This document shows positions 38,769-49,049 of a stretch of 56,535 nt of DNA, piece by piece; the first letter of the stretch is position 1; each line of letters opens with the position of its first letter. The position numbers and the translations under genes are program-made. Below the pieces are notes generated by a model. It saw nothing but the letters and a program-made list of their open reading frames with translations. It was not told where the DNA came from and ran no database searches. The stretch is from Acidobacteriota bacterium. GTDB lineage: Bacteria > Acidobacteriota > JAAYUB01 > JAMOQF01. The stretch covers positions 1 through 56,535 of the forward strand of contig JAMOQF010000055.1 in NCBI GenBank assembly GCA_027064125.1, in the 5' to 3' direction.

Positions 38769-39197
38769 TTAAAATTTTAATTCTATAGGTTTTTGTGCAG
38801 CATGTTTATGCTGCTCTCCTTTATAAACTCTAAGTTTTTTTAACATTTTCCTTCCAAGTTTGTTCTTTGGAAGCATTCCCTTGACAGCGTTTGTTATTAT
38901 TCTTTCGGGATATTTTTCCATCATCTTTCTTGCAGTGGTTTCTTTAAGCCCTCCAAGGTATCCAGTGTGTCTTCTGTACACTTTTTGATCGAGTTTTTTG
39001 CCTGTAAGTTCTACCTTTTCAGCATTAATTACAATGACATAATCTCCACAATCCATGAATGGAACATAATAGGACTTATGTTTTCCCATAAGTATTTTTG
39101 AAATTTTAGTGGCAAGCCTTCCAAGGACTTTGCCCTTAGCATCAACCACATACCATTTCTTTTCTATATCATCTGCTCCTGGAATAAAAGTTTTCAT
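38769..39197 (-). CDS. rplM: 50S ribosomal protein L13
   Basis: [28 protein letters not shown] and [12 protein letters not shown] motifs. Confidence 0.95.
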   Translation of the reverse strand: MKTFIPGADDIEKKWYVVDAKGKVLGRLATKISKILMGKHKSYYVPFMDCGDYVIVINAEKVELTGKKLDQKVYRRHTGYLGGLKETTARKMMEKYPERIITNAVKGMLPKNKLGRKMLKKLRVYKGEQHKHAAQKPIELKF

Positions 39198-39437
39198 CTT
39201 TCCTCTCCAAAAAATTATTTCTAAATTGTTTGAGCTGGATTAAATAGCTTTACGCTAAAATTAACTCTTTATTATATAGAAAGATCATCCAGCCTGCCAA
39301 CAATCCAAACGGGGATATGATAAATACCATATTTGATTTCTTTTGTAAACATTTTTTTTTATTTTTTTATTTTTTTGTGTGTGGGTTGTTCAACATATAT
39401 ATTAAAATAGAACTGAATGTAAGATTTGGTAGAGTTT

Positions 39438-39509
39438 ATGTATGAAAACATAATAAATAAAATTGGTGATGATGAGCAATATGAAATAGTGTCTTTTCTT
39501 GGAAAATGA
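39438..39509 (+). pseudogene. N-terminal remnant of a Ser/Thr kinase paralogue
   Basis: MYENIINKIGDDEQYEIVSFLGK* aligns with the N-terminus of the intact kinase, MRTFIQELEKSGQYKILKLIGKGG. The frame breaks inside the glycine loop exactly where the repeat boundary module begins. Confidence 0.65.
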
Positions 39510-40262
39510 TACATACCATAAATTTTCTGTCTTGGGGATTATAAGAGAAGAAATTTTCATTTATCAACTCCATAATCAAATTTTATAGCAAATATCTGGT
39601 TTAATTCATATCTTTTATTTTAGATTTAATTAAAGGATTAATTCCCTATGTTTTATGTATTATGTAGTTTAAAGAATGCTACTTGAAAAGGCAGATTAAA
39701 TATAGACAAATAAAAAATAAATTAAATTTAGGCAAAAATAAAAAAGCTTTTTACAAAAGGCATTGAATTTAAGTATTCCCCCTTTCCCTTTTATAAACTT
39801 TAAGGGAGAATTTAGGGATGAGAATAAATTTTAAAAAAGTGTCAGGCAAGAAATTTAAGGGGCATTTATGGGGGGCAAGGAAAAGAAAAACTTAAAACTG
39901 GCAAGACCTAAAATTTTTTTGGCGAAAATTAATGAATAAAAGAAAATCTCTTTTTCCTTCTATAAACATTCTGGATGGCATCTGGGTAGCAGGTAAGAGA
40001 AGAATTTAGTATTAGGCGAGAAATCTGGTGCATGAAATTAGAATTGGTGTCAGGCAAGAATTGGATAAAAAGAAAAGTGTCAGGCAGAAAATTTAAGAAA
40101 ATTTAATAATGAAAATTTAAAAAGGCAAATAAGAAAAGAAGCAAAAAAGAGTGGTGAAAATTTAATTCTTTAAGTCGGGACCAGTGATTAAGTAAACTTT
40201 TCTCATATAAGCATATTTTTTCAAATTATCTTAATAAATCTTATTTACCAAACGAAAAGTTT
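39507..40262 (+). repeat. Intergenic mosaic repeat locus R6, lying between the two kinase-paralogue remnants
   Basis: The left module 39507-39590 is ~75% identical by eye to 6903-6985. GTGTCAGGCAA(G) words lie at 39840, 40046 and 40077. A unit spans 39851-39960. The right module ~40220-40262 is homologous to ~7790-7835. Confidence 0.8.
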
Positions 40263-40264
40263 TT

Positions 40265-40552
40265 TTAACTATCCTTTTAATTTTTATTTTATGCTATTAT
40301 ATAGAGAAAGGGAATTTAAATAGATCAGATAAATATTTAAGAAAAGCAAGAGAGATATTTGGTGAATATGATAGAGATATACCTGAGAAAATTTTTTTAA
40401 TGGGAATGGTGGATGTCTATTACTCAAAAGCAAATAGGGGTAAAATGAGTTATATTACAGAACTCTTGGCGAAAAATAAATTTTATAGTATAAAATTTAA
40501 AAAGTTATTTAATCTTTTTAAGAATCATAGATTGTCTCGGGAGTTGCCATGA
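40265..40552 (+). pseudogene. C-terminal remnant of a Ser/Thr kinase/TPR paralogue
   Basis: Open frame without a start: ...CYYIEKGNLNRSDKYLRKAREIFGEY...ELLAKNKFYSIKFKKLFNLFKNHRLSRELP*. It aligns with the last ~85 aa of the intact kinase (AYYLKNGNFKKSGELMEISKRMVSKY...KLINSRKYYRANFLNLFNMFKNYKLSLFPAR*). Its TGA overlaps the kinase ATG (ATGA). Confidence 0.7.
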
Positions 40553-43500
40553 GAACTTTTATTCAGGAACTTGAAAAAAGTGGTCAATATAAGATTTTAA
40601 AGTTGATAGGAAAGGGGGGAACTGCGGAAGTTTACCTTGCTGAAGACAGGATTTTGAATAGAAAAGTTGCCATTAAGTTTATTCTGAGTTTTGATGAAGA
40701 GAGTAAAGAGCAATTTCTAAAAGAAGCGAGGATTCAGGCTCAGATAGAACATGACAATATCTGTAAAATATTTGAAGTGGGAGAAGTGCTTGAAATCCCA
40801 TATATTGTTATGGAGTATATTGATGGCAAACCCCTTGATTATTTTTCAAATAAAATATCTCTTGAAAAGAAGGTCTCTTTAATATTGAAAGTGTGTGATG
40901 TTTTAATAGAAGCGCATAGAAATGGTGTCATCCACAGAGATATAAAGCCTTCCAATATTCTTGTTGAAGAAAAGGAAAGTGGAGAGTTAAAACCCTATTT
41001 AATGGATTTTGGGATAGCAAGGAAACAAAATGCCCCTGGGAAAACCACCACAGGAACTGTAGTAGGTAGTCCAAATTATATGTCTCCTGAGCAGGCCATG
41101 GGGAAAGTTCATGAACTTGACAGAAGAAGTGATATTTATTCTCTTGGGGCTACATTTTACCATTTAATATGTGGGAAGACACCTTTTGACGCTCAGTCGA
41201 TTATTACGGCAATATATTGTGCAATAAATAAAGAACCTACATCACCGAGAAAAATTTCACCTGCTATTCCAAAGGATATAGAAGCTATCGTGCTTAAATG
41301 CCTTGAAAAAAATCCGGATAGAAGATATCAATCTGCAAGGGAACTTGCGGATGATTTGAAAAGATTTCTAAATGGGGAGCCGGTTCTTGCACAAAATCCC
41401 ACTTTTGCCTATAGGTTTTATAAAAGGGTTAGAAAAAATAAGAAGTTTTATCTTCTTTTGTCCCTTCTCATTATATCCATTTTATCTGCTCTTTTTATCT
41501 ATTTTTATAACAGGATATTACAGGAAAAAAGGGCCAGATTGATACTTGAATTTGATAGAAAGGCAAATGAAATAGAGAATTTGCTGGAAATTGCTTATCT
41601 TTTGCCTCCGCACAGTATAGCAAAGAGGAAAAATGAGGTATTGAAAAAAATAAAGGCTCTTGAAGAAAAAATTATGGAATTAAATGAGAAGGAAAAGGCT
41701 ATAGGTTTTTTTGCAATGGGAAAGGCGTATTTCTATCTTGGAGAATATAATAAAAGTCTAAGATATTTAAATAGAGCCTGGAAAAACTTTAAGACAGGTT
41801 ATGTCGCACATTTTATTGCCCTTGTAAATTCAAGTATTTACCTTGAAAAATATCAGGATTATTCCCTTTTAAGTGATAAAAAAGAAAGGGAAGCAAAATT
41901 GAAGGAGATAAATTTAAAATATAGAGATCCTGCCTTAAAGTTTTTTAAGTTGAGTGATATTGATTGGCCTGAGGGAGCAAGTTTTAAAAAAGGTATATTT
42001 TGTCTCCTTGAAAAAAAATATAATGAGGCAATATTAAATTTCGAGAAAGTTATAAGGGAAAATCCTGCATATTATAGGGCTTTGGTGCTTGAAGGGGAGT
42101 GTTATTTAAATCTTTATGTAAATTCTAAAGGGGAAAAAAAGGATTACTACTTTAAAAGGGCGATAGAGTCAATTAAAAGGGCTATTTTAATAGGTAGAAG
42201 TGATCCTTCCCTCTATGTGAAGTTGGCAAGGTATTATGAAAAAAAGATGATTACTTTGATTTACAATTCCAATAGGGATCTCATGCCGATTTTCAAAAAG
42301 ATAGAGTCAAATTTAAAAATTGCCATAAAAATTGATAATAGAAATAAGAGGGCCTATGAAGAAATGACTTCTGCCTATTGGAGAATTTCAGAGTATCTTG
42401 CTTTTAAAGGGGATAAAGGTGCGAGAAGAGTGGTTGAAAAGGGACTTAAAATAACCGAGTATGCTGCTAAACTTTTTCCCAACTCTTTTGATATATTTAG
42501 TTCCAGAATAAGTTTTTACATCTTAACTATTAATTATTTTCGTCCTGAAAAGAAAAAAATGGAAAAACTTATAGATGAAGCCATAGATTTCTTGAAAAAA
42601 AGTGAGAAATTGTTTCCTTCTACAAAGAGCATTTTATATAAAAAGGGAGAGTTATATAGTGCAATTGGCTATTACAAGTTTGATAATGGTTCTAATCCTG
42701 AAATTTTTTTAAAAGAATCAATTAAAGTTTACACTGAGATAATTGATAATTTTAAAGAAGATATTGAAATAGCAATTTTTAACAGGGCAGTTGATGAATA
42801 TTATTTTGCGAAGTCTTATTACCATTTTGACGGCAAGGATCCTTGTGAATATTTGAAAAAGTCTATAAGGGACTATAAAAAGGTTTTAGAGATGGATCCT
42901 GGAGATTATTTAACCATGATAAATTTGAGTGAACTCTACTATTTTAGATTTTCGTTTAATTTGTTAAATGGTAGCAATTTGAAAAGGGATTTGAAAAGGA
43001 TAGAATATTACTACAACTGTGCCAGAAAAATAAATGAGAATTATAGGTTTACATATCTTCTTAAGTTGGAGTTTTTGATAGCAAAAATGGAATATTTAAA
43101 TTTAATGGGTTCCTTTAATAAAAGAAAGGTTGATGAAACTATTAACTTCTTGGAATTTATCAAAAATAAATTTTCCATTGATGAGGCGACCTATTTTTCA
43201 TATCTTTCTTTAATTTACAGAGCAAATTTAAATCCCGATTTGAATTTCATAAAATCGTATGAAAAAAATCTTTTAATTCCATATTTAAAAAGAGATGAGA
43301 GGGACATATATTTGAATATGGATGGTTTCTTTACCCCCTATTTTATTTTTCTTGGGAAAAGTGATTTTTCAAATTATTCCATTGTCACCAAAATGTTAGA
43401 TGTATTTAAGAGAGTAAAGAAATTTGAAGGAGAGAAATACACTTCTGATAGAGAACTTTTAAAAATATTGCTTTTTTGCTCTGCGTACTATTTAAAAAAT

Positions 43501-43740
43501 GGAAATTTCAAAAAGAGTGGGGAATTAATGGAAATTTCAAAGAGAATGGTTTCAAAATATGGTGAAAATCTTTTGGAGGAGAAGTTTTTTAAATCGTTTG
43601 TTAATTTATATTTTGGTGACCGAAATTCCTTTAAGTTTATTGAAAAATTAATTAATTCAAGGAAATACTATAGGGCAAATTTTTTAAATTTGTTTAATAT
43701 GTTTAAAAATTATAAACTTTCTTTATTTCCAGCAAGGTAA
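40549..43740 (+). CDS. Hanks-type Ser/Thr protein kinase with one TM segment and a ~730-aa TPR-like helical-repeat domain
   Basis: GKGGTAEVY, VAIK, HRDIKPSNILV, DFGIA and SPEQ. TM segment FYLLLSLLIISILSALFIYFY. The C-terminal part is helical-repeat rich. Confidence 0.9.
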   Translation: MRTFIQELEKSGQYKILKLIGKGGTAEVYLAEDRILNRKVAIKFILSFDEESKEQFLKEARIQAQIEHDNICKIFEVGEVLEIPYIVMEYIDGKPLDYFSNKISLEKKVSLILKVCDVLIEAHRNGVIHRDIKPSNILVEEKESGELKPYLMDFGIARKQNAPGKTTTGTVVGSPNYMSPEQAMGKVHELDRRSDIYSLGATFYHLICGKTPFDAQSIITAIYCAINKEPTSPRKISPAIPKDIEAIVLKCLEKNPDRRYQSARELADDLKRFLNGEPVLAQNPTFAYRFYKRVRKNKKFYLLLSLLIISILSALFIYFYNRILQEKRARLILEFDRKANEIENLLEIAYLLPPHSIAKRKNEVLKKIKALEEKIMELNEKEKAIGFFAMGKAYFYLGEYNKSLRYLNRAWKNFKTGYVAHFIALVNSSIYLEKYQDYSLLSDKKEREAKLKEINLKYRDPALKFFKLSDIDWPEGASFKKGIFCLLEKKYNEAILNFEKVIRENPAYYRALVLEGECYLNLYVNSKGEKKDYYFKRAIESIKRAILIGRSDPSLYVKLARYYEKKMITLIYNSNRDLMPIFKKIESNLKIAIKIDNRNKRAYEEMTSAYWRISEYLAFKGDKGARRVVEKGLKITEYAAKLFPNSFDIFSSRISFYILTINYFRPEKKKMEKLIDEAIDFLKKSEKLFPSTKSILYKKGELYSAIGYYKFDNGSNPEIFLKESIKVYTEIIDNFKEDIEIAIFNRAVDEYYFAKSYYHFDGKDPCEYLKKSIRDYKKVLEMDPGDYLTMINLSELYYFRFSFNLLNGSNLKRDLKRIEYYYNCARKINENYRFTYLLKLEFLIAKMEYLNLMGSFNKRKVDETINFLEFIKNKFSIDEATYFSYLSLIYRANLNPDLNFIKSYEKNLLIPYLKRDERDIYLNMDGFFTPYFIFLGKSDFSNYSIVTKMLDVFKRVKKFEGEKYTSDRELLKILLFCSAYYLKNGNFKKSGELMEISKRMVSKYGENLLEEKFFKSFVNLYFGDRNSFKFIEKLINSRKYYRANFLNLFNMFKNYKLSLFPAR

Positions 43741-45334
43741 TTTACAAATATTACTACATCTGCTTCATTTACAATTCCATTATAATCTAAATCTCCACAC
43801 TCAAGAGAGGAATTAAATGGAGGTGTTCCGGGGGAAATATTTCCATCCAGATAATTTAAAAGTATTGTGAGATCGAGAACTGAAATTTTTTCATCTCCTG
43901 AAAGATCCCCCATTAAACTGCAATTATTTATCACATATTCATAACATCCAATGTCAATTCCACTTCCCTGGGGTCTATGGTTATTGTCAAGGTCTACACT
44001 TATTGAAACTGAATTATTTCCAGCATCTATACATGGACTGTTCTGGGTTAGTTTATATTCTGAATCCAGAAGGGGATTTTGAATGAGTGTGTTTTCTTCC
44101 CCATTTACATGATTTTGCCATTCTGTAAAATTCATATTTTCTGCTTCATAATCAGGTCTTTGATCTGTAAATTGAGGGTTATTGCCATTTAAATAATAAC
44201 AATTGTTGTCCATTTCAGGCATTCCTGCATCATAACCATTAACTCTTCCAATACTTTCATGGTAAAAGGTCCTTATAAAAACTATATTTGAAGTGATATT
44301 GCTATCTTGAAGCACTATGTTATTGTATACTTTTGAGTTTTTATTGGGTGGCCTGTAAGTGTATTCGTCATTGGGATCGCTGTCTTCTTCCCAATCCTAT
44401 AGACTCACTCCAAAGTATATGGCACTGTGATTAGTTTGAGCGGTGTTAATTAGAGTATTGTTATAAGCGCTACAGTTAAGAGATGCGTAAAAGCCGATTC
44501 CCTCATTCTGGGTATCCACTATGAGGCAATTTTTTACCACCCCTCTTATATTTTCATATCTGTGGGGATTTACTGTTAGGTCAAAGTATTCTGGACTTGT
44601 ATCAAATCCTATTCCCACACCCATTTCTCCACAGTGTTCTATAATATTTCTTTCAATTACACAGTCTGTTGCACCTCCTTTTGCATATACACCAGTTGAA
44701 CCAATATTGTGAATATGACAATCAACAACATGCATGTTATCACCATTTACATTGTCAATTCCTTCTGCATTTTCAGAATACCTTGCACCAGAATTGTATA
44801 TTTCACAATTTTCAATGGTTACATAATCACAATTGGGAGTTATTTTAATACAATCTCTTCCCGTATCATGAACTTTACAATTTGAGATGGTTATATGGGA
44901 TACACCTGTTCTATCTTCTTCTCCCCAATCCCATCTTGTAAAAAGCATTATCCCATAGTAATATCCTCCGGTGATTTCCAGATTTTCTAATTTTCCCCAG
45001 TCGGCATCCACGTCAAATGTAACTGTAGTGTCAATGTTTTCATCATTGATTGGAGCACTAATCTTTATGCTTTCTCCACTGTATGCCTTAATTGTTATGT
45101 GCGGGTTTCTTATTCTAATGGCTTCATTGTATGTTCCTTCTCTTACTATAAGGGTATCTCCACTTGAACTTTCATCAAGGGCCTTTTAAATAGTTCTGTA
45201 GGGATTTGATAGACTGCCATCTCCACTATTGTCATTTCCGGTTGTTGAAATATATATTGTGGCTGAAAAGGAGAATATGGAGAAAAATGTTAAAAAAATG
45301 TCAATATTATTTTTTTAAAAAAATGACTATTCAT
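43710..45334 (-). pseudogene. Disrupted gene for a secreted right-handed beta-helix (pectate-lyase-fold) protein with a C-terminal dockerin-type module
   Basis: One reading frame is broken three times. (1) After MNSHFFKKIILTFF, a frameshift in an A7/T7 run (45292-45298). (2) An in-frame TAA at 45186-45188 in ...GSLSNPYRTI*KALDESSSGDTLIVREGTY. (3) An in-frame TAG at 44397-44399. The C-terminus is GDLSGDEKISVLDLTILLNYL...GDLDYNGIVNEADVVIFVNYL. Confidence 0.75.
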
Positions 45335-45500
45335 GGCTTTATTTCCTTTTTAAAAGAAATTAGACCTCTTCAATTTTAGGAAGTGTAAAAGTGAATTTTA
45401 ACATATGTGTTAATTTTTTGGAAAATAATTTTTTAAAATTTGTTTAAAAAAAATTTTTTTATGCTAAAATTTTTCAACTAATTACTATTTGGAGATTTTA

Positions 45501-46361
45501 ATGGAAGATTTACACACCCACACGATTGTTTCCGATGGAGAATTTTATCCTGAAGAATTAGTAAAACTTGCTTCTTCTTCAGGAGTTAAAAAATTGTCCA
45601 TTACTGACCACGATTCAATTGGAGCATATAAATTATTTCCCCAGGTATTTGATTTAGCAAAGAAATTAAATGTTGAACTTATTACAGGATGTGAATTCGA
45701 TGCGGATTACAAAGGTGTTGAGGTGCATATTCTCGGTTATAATTTAGATATAACCAACAAAGATTTGAATGAATATTTATCTCAGATACAGGAGAAGAGA
45801 AGGGAAAAACTGCTGCTTCAAATTGAAAAGATAAATGAATATTTTAAAAGGGAAGTGCTTGTTAAGGATGAGATCTTCATAAAAGAAAGAGAAACTTTTA
45901 TGAAACCACATATTGTAAGGCCCATTATTAAACTTATGAATTTTGACGATTATCCTTCTGCTGCGAAGTGGGTAAGAGAGGTTGCCCATGTGGATGTTAA
46001 AGTTCCAAAAATGAGTTCTTCTTTTATTATCGATTTGATAAAAATGTGTGGTGGAATACCGGTTTTAGCACATCCCGGGTATTATATTGTTGAAAGTGGC
46101 TTTAAAGTTGACAGGTTAATAAAGGATTTTGTTGACATGGGTATTGAAGGAATTGAGGTGGAATACAGATATCATGGTACTTCTAAATATTTTAGAAGGA
46201 AAAAAGATGAACTTGATATGATAAAAAAGCTGCACGAAGAGGCGGTAAAATACAAATTGCTTGAGACAAGGGGAAGTGATGCTCATGTTAAGGATGATTT
46301 CCTGACATTTAATAGCAGGAGTTACCTTTGGGATTTTATAGAGAACCTAAAGACGTATTAA
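45501..46361 (+). CDS. PHP-domain metal-dependent phosphoesterase
   Basis: MEDLHTHTIVSDGE...ITDHD...HPG...GSDAH motifs of the PHP family. ATG 45501 has GGAG 6 nt upstream. Confidence 0.85.
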   Translation: MEDLHTHTIVSDGEFYPEELVKLASSSGVKKLSITDHDSIGAYKLFPQVFDLAKKLNVELITGCEFDADYKGVEVHILGYNLDITNKDLNEYLSQIQEKRREKLLLQIEKINEYFKREVLVKDEIFIKERETFMKPHIVRPIIKLMNFDDYPSAAKWVREVAHVDVKVPKMSSSFIIDLIKMCGGIPVLAHPGYYIVESGFKVDRLIKDFVDMGIEGIEVEYRYHGTSKYFRRKKDELDMIKKLHEEAVKYKLLETRGSDAHVKDDFLTFNSRSYLWDFIENLKTY

Positions 46362-47116
46362 AAAGTAAGAAGGGTGTTCTAATAGATATTGATGGGGTTT
46401 TGTTAAATGATGGAAAACCCCTTAATGGGGGAAGAGAGTTTCTTGAATTTTTAAAGGATATAGGAAAGCCTTTCATCTGTATTACAAATACTACCATAAG
46501 AAGTAGAAAAGAGATTTTTTATATTTTGAAAGAGTATAGTTTTCCTGTTTCAGAAAATGAAATCTTAACGTCCACTCTAATTGCCAATTACTACTTGAAA
46601 AAAAAGTATAAAACGCTGCCTATTTGTGCTTATGTTAATGAAAATGTTCTTGAAGATCTATTTGATTTGAATCTGTCAGATGATGGTTGTACTGCTGTTT
46701 TGTTGGGGGATATGGGGGATGGATTTTCAAGAATGGTCTTGAATGAAATTTTTGTGAAATTGATGAATGGAGCGGATTTTTATGCCTTTCACAAAAACAG
46801 ATTCTGGAGGGTTGGAAATGAGTTATTTTTGGACCTTGGTGCCTTTGTTTCTGCCCTTGAATATGCTTCTGGGATAAAGGCTAAGATTATTGGAAAGCCA
46901 TCCGAAATAATTTTTAAAGAATCCCTTTCAATTTTGGGGTTGTCCTCGGAAGAAGTGTTAATTATTGGAGATGACTTTGAAAGCGATATTTTAGGGGCTA
47001 AGAAATTGGGAATTGATGGTATTTTGGTTTTAACTGGAAAGTATACTGAAGAAATTTTGAAAAGAAGAAACTTTTCGCCTGAGTATTTAATCAAAAATTT
47101 ATATGAGTTGCTTTAA
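46328..47116 (+). CDS. HAD-superfamily hydrolase, subfamily IIA (NagD-like)
   Basis: GVLIDIDGVLLNDGKPLNG..EFL......GKPFICITNTT and C-terminal IGDDFESDILGAKKLGIDGILVLTGK. Only a TTG start (46328) is available, so the start is uncertain. Confidence 0.75.
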   Translation: MGFYREPKDVLKSKKGVLIDIDGVLLNDGKPLNGGREFLEFLKDIGKPFICITNTTIRSRKEIFYILKEYSFPVSENEILTSTLIANYYLKKKYKTLPICAYVNENVLEDLFDLNLSDDGCTAVLLGDMGDGFSRMVLNEIFVKLMNGADFYAFHKNRFWRVGNELFLDLGAFVSALEYASGIKAKIIGKPSEIIFKESLSILGLSSEEVLIIGDDFESDILGAKKLGIDGILVLTGKYTEEILKRRNFSPEYLIKNLYELL

Positions 47117-47127
47117 AGGAGGTAACA

Positions 47128-47847
47128 ATGAAGGGTTCAAATCCTGTTTTAAGTGATAGAGTTTTTAAGAGTGCCTACATGGGTTCTTATGGGGTTGAGG
47201 GGATGACCCTTGGTGGGGTGAAGGTAAAGACTTTTACCCTTTTTTCAATTTTGTTGCTTGGGGGATATTTTTCATGGATGCATCCGGGTTCACTTCTCTT
47301 GTTTTTGGGGCTTGGACTTGGTTTTATACTTGCCCTGATAATAAGTTTTGTACCTAAGACCGCTCCCTTTTTATCTCCCTTATATGCTGCATGTGAGGGT
47401 GTATTTCTGGGAGTTGTTTCCCATATTTTTGAAATCAGGTATCCCGGAATAGTTTTACAGGCTGTTGGAGCAACATTGGGTGTGTTTCTTTTGATGTTGT
47501 TTCTATATAATAATAGAATTATAAGAGTAACTGGAAGACTCAAACTTGGGATAATTGCTGCCACATTTGGAATAGCAATTTTTTATTTTGTCAGCATGAT
47601 TCTTTCCTTTTTCGGAATTAGAATTGGGATAATTTATTCAAGTTCTCCACTGGGAATATTGTTTTCAATATTTGTGGTGGGTGTGGCAGCCTTTAATCTC
47701 TTACTTGATTTTGATTTTATTGAAAATATGAGTGAAAGGGGAGCAGAAAAGTATTTCGAATGGTATGCAGCCTTTGGATTGATGGTAACACTTGTGTGGC
47801 TTTATATTGAAATTTTAAGGCTTATTTCAAAGTTCAGGGAGAGATAG
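47128..47847 (+). CDS. Bax inhibitor-1/YccA-like integral membrane protein
   Basis: MKGSNPVLSDRVFK is the N-terminus typical of the BaxI_1 group, followed by about seven TM segments. Confidence 0.7.
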   Translation: MKGSNPVLSDRVFKSAYMGSYGVEGMTLGGVKVKTFTLFSILLLGGYFSWMHPGSLLLFLGLGLGFILALIISFVPKTAPFLSPLYAACEGVFLGVVSHIFEIRYPGIVLQAVGATLGVFLLMLFLYNNRIIRVTGRLKLGIIAATFGIAIFYFVSMILSFFGIRIGIIYSSSPLGILFSIFVVGVAAFNLLLDFDFIENMSERGAEKYFEWYAAFGLMVTLVWLYIEILRLISKFRER

Positions 47848-47851
47848 ATCT

Positions 47852-48586
47852 ATGGAACTAAAAGGAGTAATACTGGCAGGTGGGACAGGTAGTAGACTAT
47901 ATCCCCTTACAAAGGTTACCAATAAACATCTTTTACCAGTTGGGAAAAAACCCATGATTTTTTGGCCTATTGAGAAGTTAGTGGAGGTGGGGATAAATGA
48001 AATACTTGTTGTAACTGGAACAGAACATATGGGAGATGTGGTTGCATTACTTGGAAGTGGAAAAGATTTTGGCTGTAATTTTACCTACAAAGTACAGGAT
48101 GAGCCTGGTGGGATTGCACAGGCTCTTGGACTTGCCGAAAATTTTGCTTCTGGAAGTAAATTAGCTGTAATTCTTGGGGATAATATTTTTGCCGATCCAC
48201 TTAAACCCTATGTGGATAGATTTTTATCTCAGAAGGATGGTGCCAGAATTGTTTTAAAAAGGGTGGAACATCCGGAAAGGTTTGGGGTGGCACAATTTGA
48301 AGGGGATAAAATAATAAAAATTGTGGAAAAACCAAAAATTCCACCTTCAAGTTATGCCGTAACAGGTGTATACTTTTATGACAGTGAGGTTTTTGATATA
48401 ATAAAGAATCTAAAGCCCTCGAAGAGAATGGAATATGAAATTTCGGATGTAAATAATGAGTACATAAGAAGAAATAAGTTATATGCAGATTTCTTTGAGA
48501 GTTGGTGGACAGATGCAGGAACTTTTTCTTCACTTAAAAGGGCTCAAAAGTTGGTGGAGGAACTTGAAAATGGAAAAAGAATTTAA
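47852..48586 (+). CDS. rmlA: Glucose-1-phosphate thymidylyltransferase-type sugar nucleotidyltransferase (short form)
   Basis: KGVILAGGTGSRLYPLTKVTNKHLLPVGKKPMI and LGDNIF motifs. Sits with rmlC and rmlD. Confidence 0.85.
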   Translation: MELKGVILAGGTGSRLYPLTKVTNKHLLPVGKKPMIFWPIEKLVEVGINEILVVTGTEHMGDVVALLGSGKDFGCNFTYKVQDEPGGIAQALGLAENFASGSKLAVILGDNIFADPLKPYVDRFLSQKDGARIVLKRVEHPERFGVAQFEGDKIIKIVEKPKIPPSSYAVTGVYFYDSEVFDIIKNLKPSKRMEYEISDVNNEYIRRNKLYADFFESWWTDAGTFSSLKRAQKLVEELENGKRI

Positions 48587-49049
48587 AACAGGAAACATAG
48601 AGGGAGTTATAATAAAAAATTTAAAAAAGAATCTGGATAGAAGGGGGTGGCTTTGTGAAATTTTTAGGGAAGATGAAGTAGAGGGCTTTAAACCGGTAAT
48701 GTCTTATGTGTCAATTACCTATCCAGGGGTTAAAAGGGGACCCCATGAACATAGAGAACAAACTGATTATTTTGTCTTTTTGGGACCTGGTAATTTTGAA
48801 ATAACTTTGTGGGATAATAGGAGTAATTCCCCTACTTATGGGAATAAGATGATTTTTGTGGGGGGCGTTGACAATCCCATTTCCGTTAAGATTCCCCCCG
48901 GTGTTGTTCATGGATATAAAAATATTTCAGATGAGAGGGGTATGGTGATAAATTTGCCTGACAAATTGTATAGAGGACATGGGAAGAGGGAAGAGGTGGA
49001 TGAGATTAGATATGAAAATCTTAAAGGTACAGTTTTTAAAATAGATTGA
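48570..49049 (+). CDS. rmlC: dTDP-4-dehydrorhamnose 3,5-epimerase (cupin fold)
   Basis: From ATG 48570: MEKEFKTGNIEGVIIKNLKKNLDRRGWLCEIFR...RGPHEH...GVVHGYKN. The longer track ORF from 48483 lies inside rmlA. Confidence 0.8.
   Translation: MEKEFKTGNIEGVIIKNLKKNLDRRGWLCEIFREDEVEGFKPVMSYVSITYPGVKRGPHEHREQTDYFVFLGPGNFEITLWDNRSNSPTYGNKMIFVGGVDNPISVKIPPGVVHGYKNISDERGMVINLPDKLYRGHGKREEVDEIRYENLKGTVFKID

Noticed and set aside
44397-45188. Stop-codon reassignment or recoding to explain the in-frame TAA and TAG in the beta-helix gene
   Set aside because: TAA and TAG function as normal terminators elsewhere in the window (for example TAG at 389-391 for the GT2 gene and TAA at 1138-1140 for pepF). No other gene needs internal stops. 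Together with the frameshift, pseudogenisation is the more economical explanation.
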